This document shows, one piece after another, positions 47,974 through 50,985 of a stretch of 50,985 nt of DNA. This DNA comes from Aquiluna sp. (lineage in GTDB: Bacteria > Actinomycetota > Actinomycetes > Actinomycetales > Microbacteriaceae), in assembly GCA_023260495.1 (NCBI GenBank), contig JALQVB010000001.1, positions 1 to 50,985 of the forward strand, in the 5' to 3' direction. The position numbers and the translations under genes are program-made. Every line of letters starts with the position of its first letter. Within the stretch, counting starts at the first letter, position 1. The notes under the pieces were generated by a model. The model worked only from the letters and a program-made list of their open reading frames with translations. It made no database searches and was not told where the DNA came from.

Positions 47974-50198
47974 GAACCTCTGACTCGATAAACGTCGTAG
48001 ACGTTGTCGATGCGCCGTACCTGGTTCAGCAGGTGGTCAAGGTGTGAGGGGTCGGCCATCTCGAACACAAATTTGCTCAGTGCAACTCGATCTCGTCCGG
48101 TTGAAACCGATGCAGAGAGAATGTTGACGTGATTCTCGGTTAGCACCCTCGTGACATCGGAGAGCAGGCCACTGCGGTCAAGTGCTTCTACCTGAATCTG
48201 CACCATGAACACGCCACGCGAATCATCAGACCAGGAAACATCAACAATTCGCTCTTGGTTCAGACTCTTTACGTTCTTGCAGTCGGTCCGGTGTATCGAC
48301 ACGCCCTCGCCGCGCGTTATGAAGCCCGTTATCTCATCCCCGGGTACCGGCGTGCAACAGCGCGCCATCTTGGTCATGACGTCAGGCGAGCCCTTGACTA
48401 AAACACCTTGAGAGCCGGCTCGAGAATTTCGAATCGACTTCGGGATTTGGATTGGAATCTCTTCAGTGTCAGCATCCGGAGCAATCCCCCGCATCAACTT
48501 CAATCGCTCGATCACCGAGGATGCGGAAATTTGCCCTTGGCCAATTTGCGAGAGCAAGGCATTGGCATCGGACAGGCGAAGCTGCTCAGCCACATCCTGA
48601 AGGATTTCGCTTGCTAATAGCGACTGGACAGGAAGGCCCTGCCTGCGCAAGCCTCGCGCCAGAGCTTCCTTGCCATCCTCGGTTGCCAGCTCCTTACGCT
48701 CCTGAGTGAAATGATGCTTAATCTTCGCCCTGGCTCGCGGAGAAGCGACAAAGTTAAGCCAGTCCTTGCTCGGGCCCGCCGACTCAGACTTAGAGGTCAG
48801 CACCTCAATCACATCTCCGGCCTGCAGCTTGGTTTCCAGTGGAACGAGTCTGCCGTTTACCTTGGCACCGATGGTCTTGTGACCGACCTCGGTGTGCACT
48901 GCATAGGCAAAGTCAATCGGCGTCGAGCCAGCAGAAAGCCCAATCACTTTGCCCTTTGGGGTGAAAACGTATAGCTCTTTGGCGCCAATTTCAAAGCGCA
49001 GATTGTCCAGGAACTCACCCGGATCCGCGGTTTCCTCCTGCCAGTCGCTGAGCTGCTTGAGCCAGGCGAAGTCCACCTCTTTGTCAGATCCCTTGCCGCT
49101 GCCCTGTTTGTACTTCCAGTGCGCAGCAACACCGTATTCGGCCCTCTGATGCATCTCAGGGGTGCGAATCTGGATCTCCACGGAGCGTCCCTCTGGTCCA
49201 AGCACGGTGGTGTGCAGCGACTGGTAGAGGTTGAACTTCGGCATCGCGATGTAGTCCTTGAACCTGCCAGGCAGCGGCGACCATTTCGCGTGAATCGCAC
49301 CCAAGGCCGCGTAGCAGTCGCGCACGGTAGGGACTATGACCCTGATGCCGACTAGGTCATATATGTCGTCGAACTCACGGCCGCGCATCACCATCTTCTG
49401 GTAAATCGAGTAGTACTGCTTCGGTCGACCATCGATTCGGCCGCGTACCTTTGCGTCTCTCAACTCTTCGTCGATCTCTTCAATGACTCGCTCGGTGTAA
49501 TCGGTGCGCAATGGATTGCGCTGCTGCACCAGCGAAACGATCTCCTCATAGACCTTGGGGTAGAGCACCGCGAAGCTGATGTCCTCAAGCTCGACCTTAA
49601 TCGTGGAAATACCCAGGCGGTGCGCCAGCGGGGCATAAATCTCAAGCGTCTCCTGCGCTTTGCGCTTGGCAGACTCGGCGGATACGAATCCCCAAGTGCG
49701 GGCATTGTGCAACCTGTCCGCCAGTTTGATAACCAGAACTCGAACATCCTTGCTCATCGCCACGACCATCTTGCGCATGGTCTCGGCCTGGGCGGAGTCG
49801 CCAAACTTCATGCGGTCCAGCTTGGTTACACCATCAACCAGCAGGCCAATTTCCTCGCCGAACTCCTGGGTCAACTGCTCAAGGGAGTAATCGGTGTCCT
49901 CAACGGTGTCGTGCAGCAGCGCGGCAGCAATTGTGGCCGGGCCAGAACCGAGATCGGCCAGAATCCGCGCCACAGCTAGCGGGTGTGTGATGTAGTCCTC
50001 GCCAGACTTTCGCTTTTGACCCTCGTGGTAGCGCTCAGCAGTCTTGTACGCACGCTCTATAACGCTGTAGTCACTCTTGGGGTGATTGGCGCGGACAATT
50101 CGCACTAGTTCAGCTAGATCGGCGCCAAGTGTGGTTGAACCCCGCGTGAAAATCCTGGGCAAGCGTGACCGCAGCGATGTTGGTCTACTGTCGGTCAT
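47970..50198 (-). CDS. relA: Bifunctional (p)ppGpp synthetase/hydrolase Rel
   Basis: RKSGEDYITHP, LLHDTVED (intact HD), KLADRLHN, GRFKDYIA, YQSLHT, EIQIRT, TGS, ZFD Cys residues, ACT. Confidence 0.98.
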   Translation of the reverse strand: MTDSRPTSLRSRLPRIFTRGSTTLGADLAELVRIVRANHPKSDYSVIERAYKTAERYHEGQKRKSGEDYITHPLAVARILADLGSGPATIAAALLHDTVEDTDYSLEQLTQEFGEEIGLLVDGVTKLDRMKFGDSAQAETMRKMVVAMSKDVRVLVIKLADRLHNARTWGFVSAESAKRKAQETLEIYAPLAHRLGISTIKVELEDISFAVLYPKVYEEIVSLVQQRNPLRTDYTERVIEEIDEELRDAKVRGRIDGRPKQYYSIYQKMVMRGREFDDIYDLVGIRVIVPTVRDCYAALGAIHAKWSPLPGRFKDYIAMPKFNLYQSLHTTVLGPEGRSVEIQIRTPEMHQRAEYGVAAHWKYKQGSGKGSDKEVDFAWLKQLSDWQEETADPGEFLDNLRFEIGAKELYVFTPKGKVIGLSAGSTPIDFAYAVHTEVGHKTIGAKVNGRLVPLETKLQAGDVIEVLTSKSESAGPSKDWLNFVASPRARAKIKHHFTQERKELATEDGKEALARGLRRQGLPVQSLLASEILQDVAEQLRLSDANALLSQIGQGQISASSVIERLKLMRGIAPDADTEEIPIQIPKSIRNSRAGSQGVLVKGSPDVMTKMARCCTPVPGDEITGFITRGEGVSIHRTDCKNVKSLNQERIVDVSWSDDSRGVFMVQIQVEALDRSGLLSDVTRVLTENHVNILSASVSTGRDRVALSKFVFEMADPSHLDHLLNQVRRIDNVYDVYRVRGS

Positions 50199-50203
50199 CT
50201 GCG

Positions 50204-50221
50204 CTCCTACCTAGGTAGGAG
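50204..50221. promoter_or_regulatory. Perfect 18-bp palindrome covering the rel SD
   Basis: CTCCTACCTAGGTAGGAG equals its own reverse complement; it sits between the secF stop and the rel ATG. Confidence 0.7.
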
Positions 50222-50225
50222 AATT

Positions 50226-50985
50226 CTATTGGCGCAGCGCCTCTACCTTCTCGGCGGCCTTCTTAATTTCCGGCTCATTTTCCCTTAGGTGTGCGTAAAT
50301 CGGCGCAGCGAGGAAGATAGAGGAGTAGGTTCCAACTATCGTTCCAACGAATAGCGCCAGTGCGATGTCGCGCAGCGTTCCGGCACCAAGCAGTACCGAC
50401 CCAATGAACAAAATGGCGGCAACCGGCAAAACGGCGACGACTGAGGTGTTTATCGATCGCACCAGGGTCTGGTTCACCGCCAGGTTCACCATCTCTGGGA
50501 AGGTGCGGGTCTCGCTCAGCTCAATCTCCAGGGTGTTCTCGCGAACCTTGTCAAAGACCACGACGGTGTCATAGAGCGAGTAGGCGAGGATGGTTAGGAA
50601 TCCAATGACGGCCGCTGGAGTCACCTCGAAGCCTACGGCGGCATAAACACCAGCCGTGAGGATCAGGTCGTGGGCCAAGGCCAGCAAGGCCGCGACCGAC
50701 ATCTTCCAGGAACGGAAGTAGAAGGCCATAAGCAGCGACACCAGGGCCAAGAAGACTCCGAGACCGATTAGAGCCTGCCGGGTGACATCGGCACCCCAGT
50801 TAGGCCCGATGAAGCTCGAGGCGACTGTTTCAGACGCAACGCCGTATGTTTCGGCAAGCGCAACCCTGACCTCTTCGGATTCAACATCCGAGAGCTGTTC
50901 CGTTTGAATTCGCAGGTCGCTGATTCCAACCGCGGTGGTTGTCACCTGAACACCAGGGACAATTTCGCGAATAGTGTCGGCAGCA
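50226..50985 (-). CDS. secF: Protein translocase subunit SecF, C-terminal part (start beyond the right edge)
   Basis: IGPNWG, HDLILT, LTILAYSLYDTVVVFDKVREN, QTLVRSINTS, GTYSSIFLA. Confidence 0.96.
   Translation of the reverse strand, partial: AADTIREIVPGVQVTTTAVGISDLRIQTEQLSDVESEEVRVALAETYGVASETVASSFIGPNWGADVTRQALIGLGVFLALVSLLMAFYFRSWKMSVAALLALAHDLILTAGVYAAVGFEVTPAAVIGFLTILAYSLYDTVVVFDKVRENTLEIELSETRTFPEMVNLAVNQTLVRSINTSVVAVLPVAAILFIGSVLLGAGTLRDIALALFVGTIVGTYSSIFLAAPIYAHLRENEPEIKKAAEKVEALRQ

Noticed and set aside
1-50985. CTAG seems frequent, although many bacteria avoid it
   Set aside because: Impression only; I could not count observed versus expected, and TAG stops and CTA codons may explain it.
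1-50985. CRISPR array, prophage, IS element, defence or other novel multi-gene system
   Set aside because: Essentially all bases are accounted for by recognisable housekeeping genes in conserved order; no repeat-spacer arrays, transposases or evident compositional islands were seen.

Overview
A gene-dense, moderately GC-rich core-genome segment from an actinobacterium. Gene order and protein style suggest a streamlined Microbacteriaceae member such as the Aquiluna/Rhodoluna group (inference). About 43 kb (2430-45912) is one uninterrupted minus-strand run of housekeeping genes: rarA, rpsD, DUF948, alaS, ruvX, mltG, aroE-C-K-B-Q, efp, nusB, pyrR-B-C, carA-B, pyrF, gmk, rpoZ, coaBC, metK, priA, fmt, rsmB, rpe, hisE-G-F-I, trpE, two small membrane genes, trpC-B-A, lgt, gltB-D and pyk. 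The left flank has partial polA, a PaaI thioesterase, an ANTAR response regulator and tRNA-Leu(CAA). The right flank has a cyclophilin, DUF349, rel and partial secF. I see no mobile element, CRISPR array, defence island or new protein-coding system. The interesting signal is in the very short intergenic spacers: an 18-bp perfect palindrome over the rel Shine-Dalgarno just after the secF stop, a PyrR-binding loop pairing with the pyrR RBS, mirror-image -10 boxes between rarA and the cyclophilin, structured rpsD and gltB leaders, and recurrent TANNNT boxes 6-7 nt before start codons (candidate leaderless mRNAs), several built from the upstream stop codon. All calls are by eye, without database searches.
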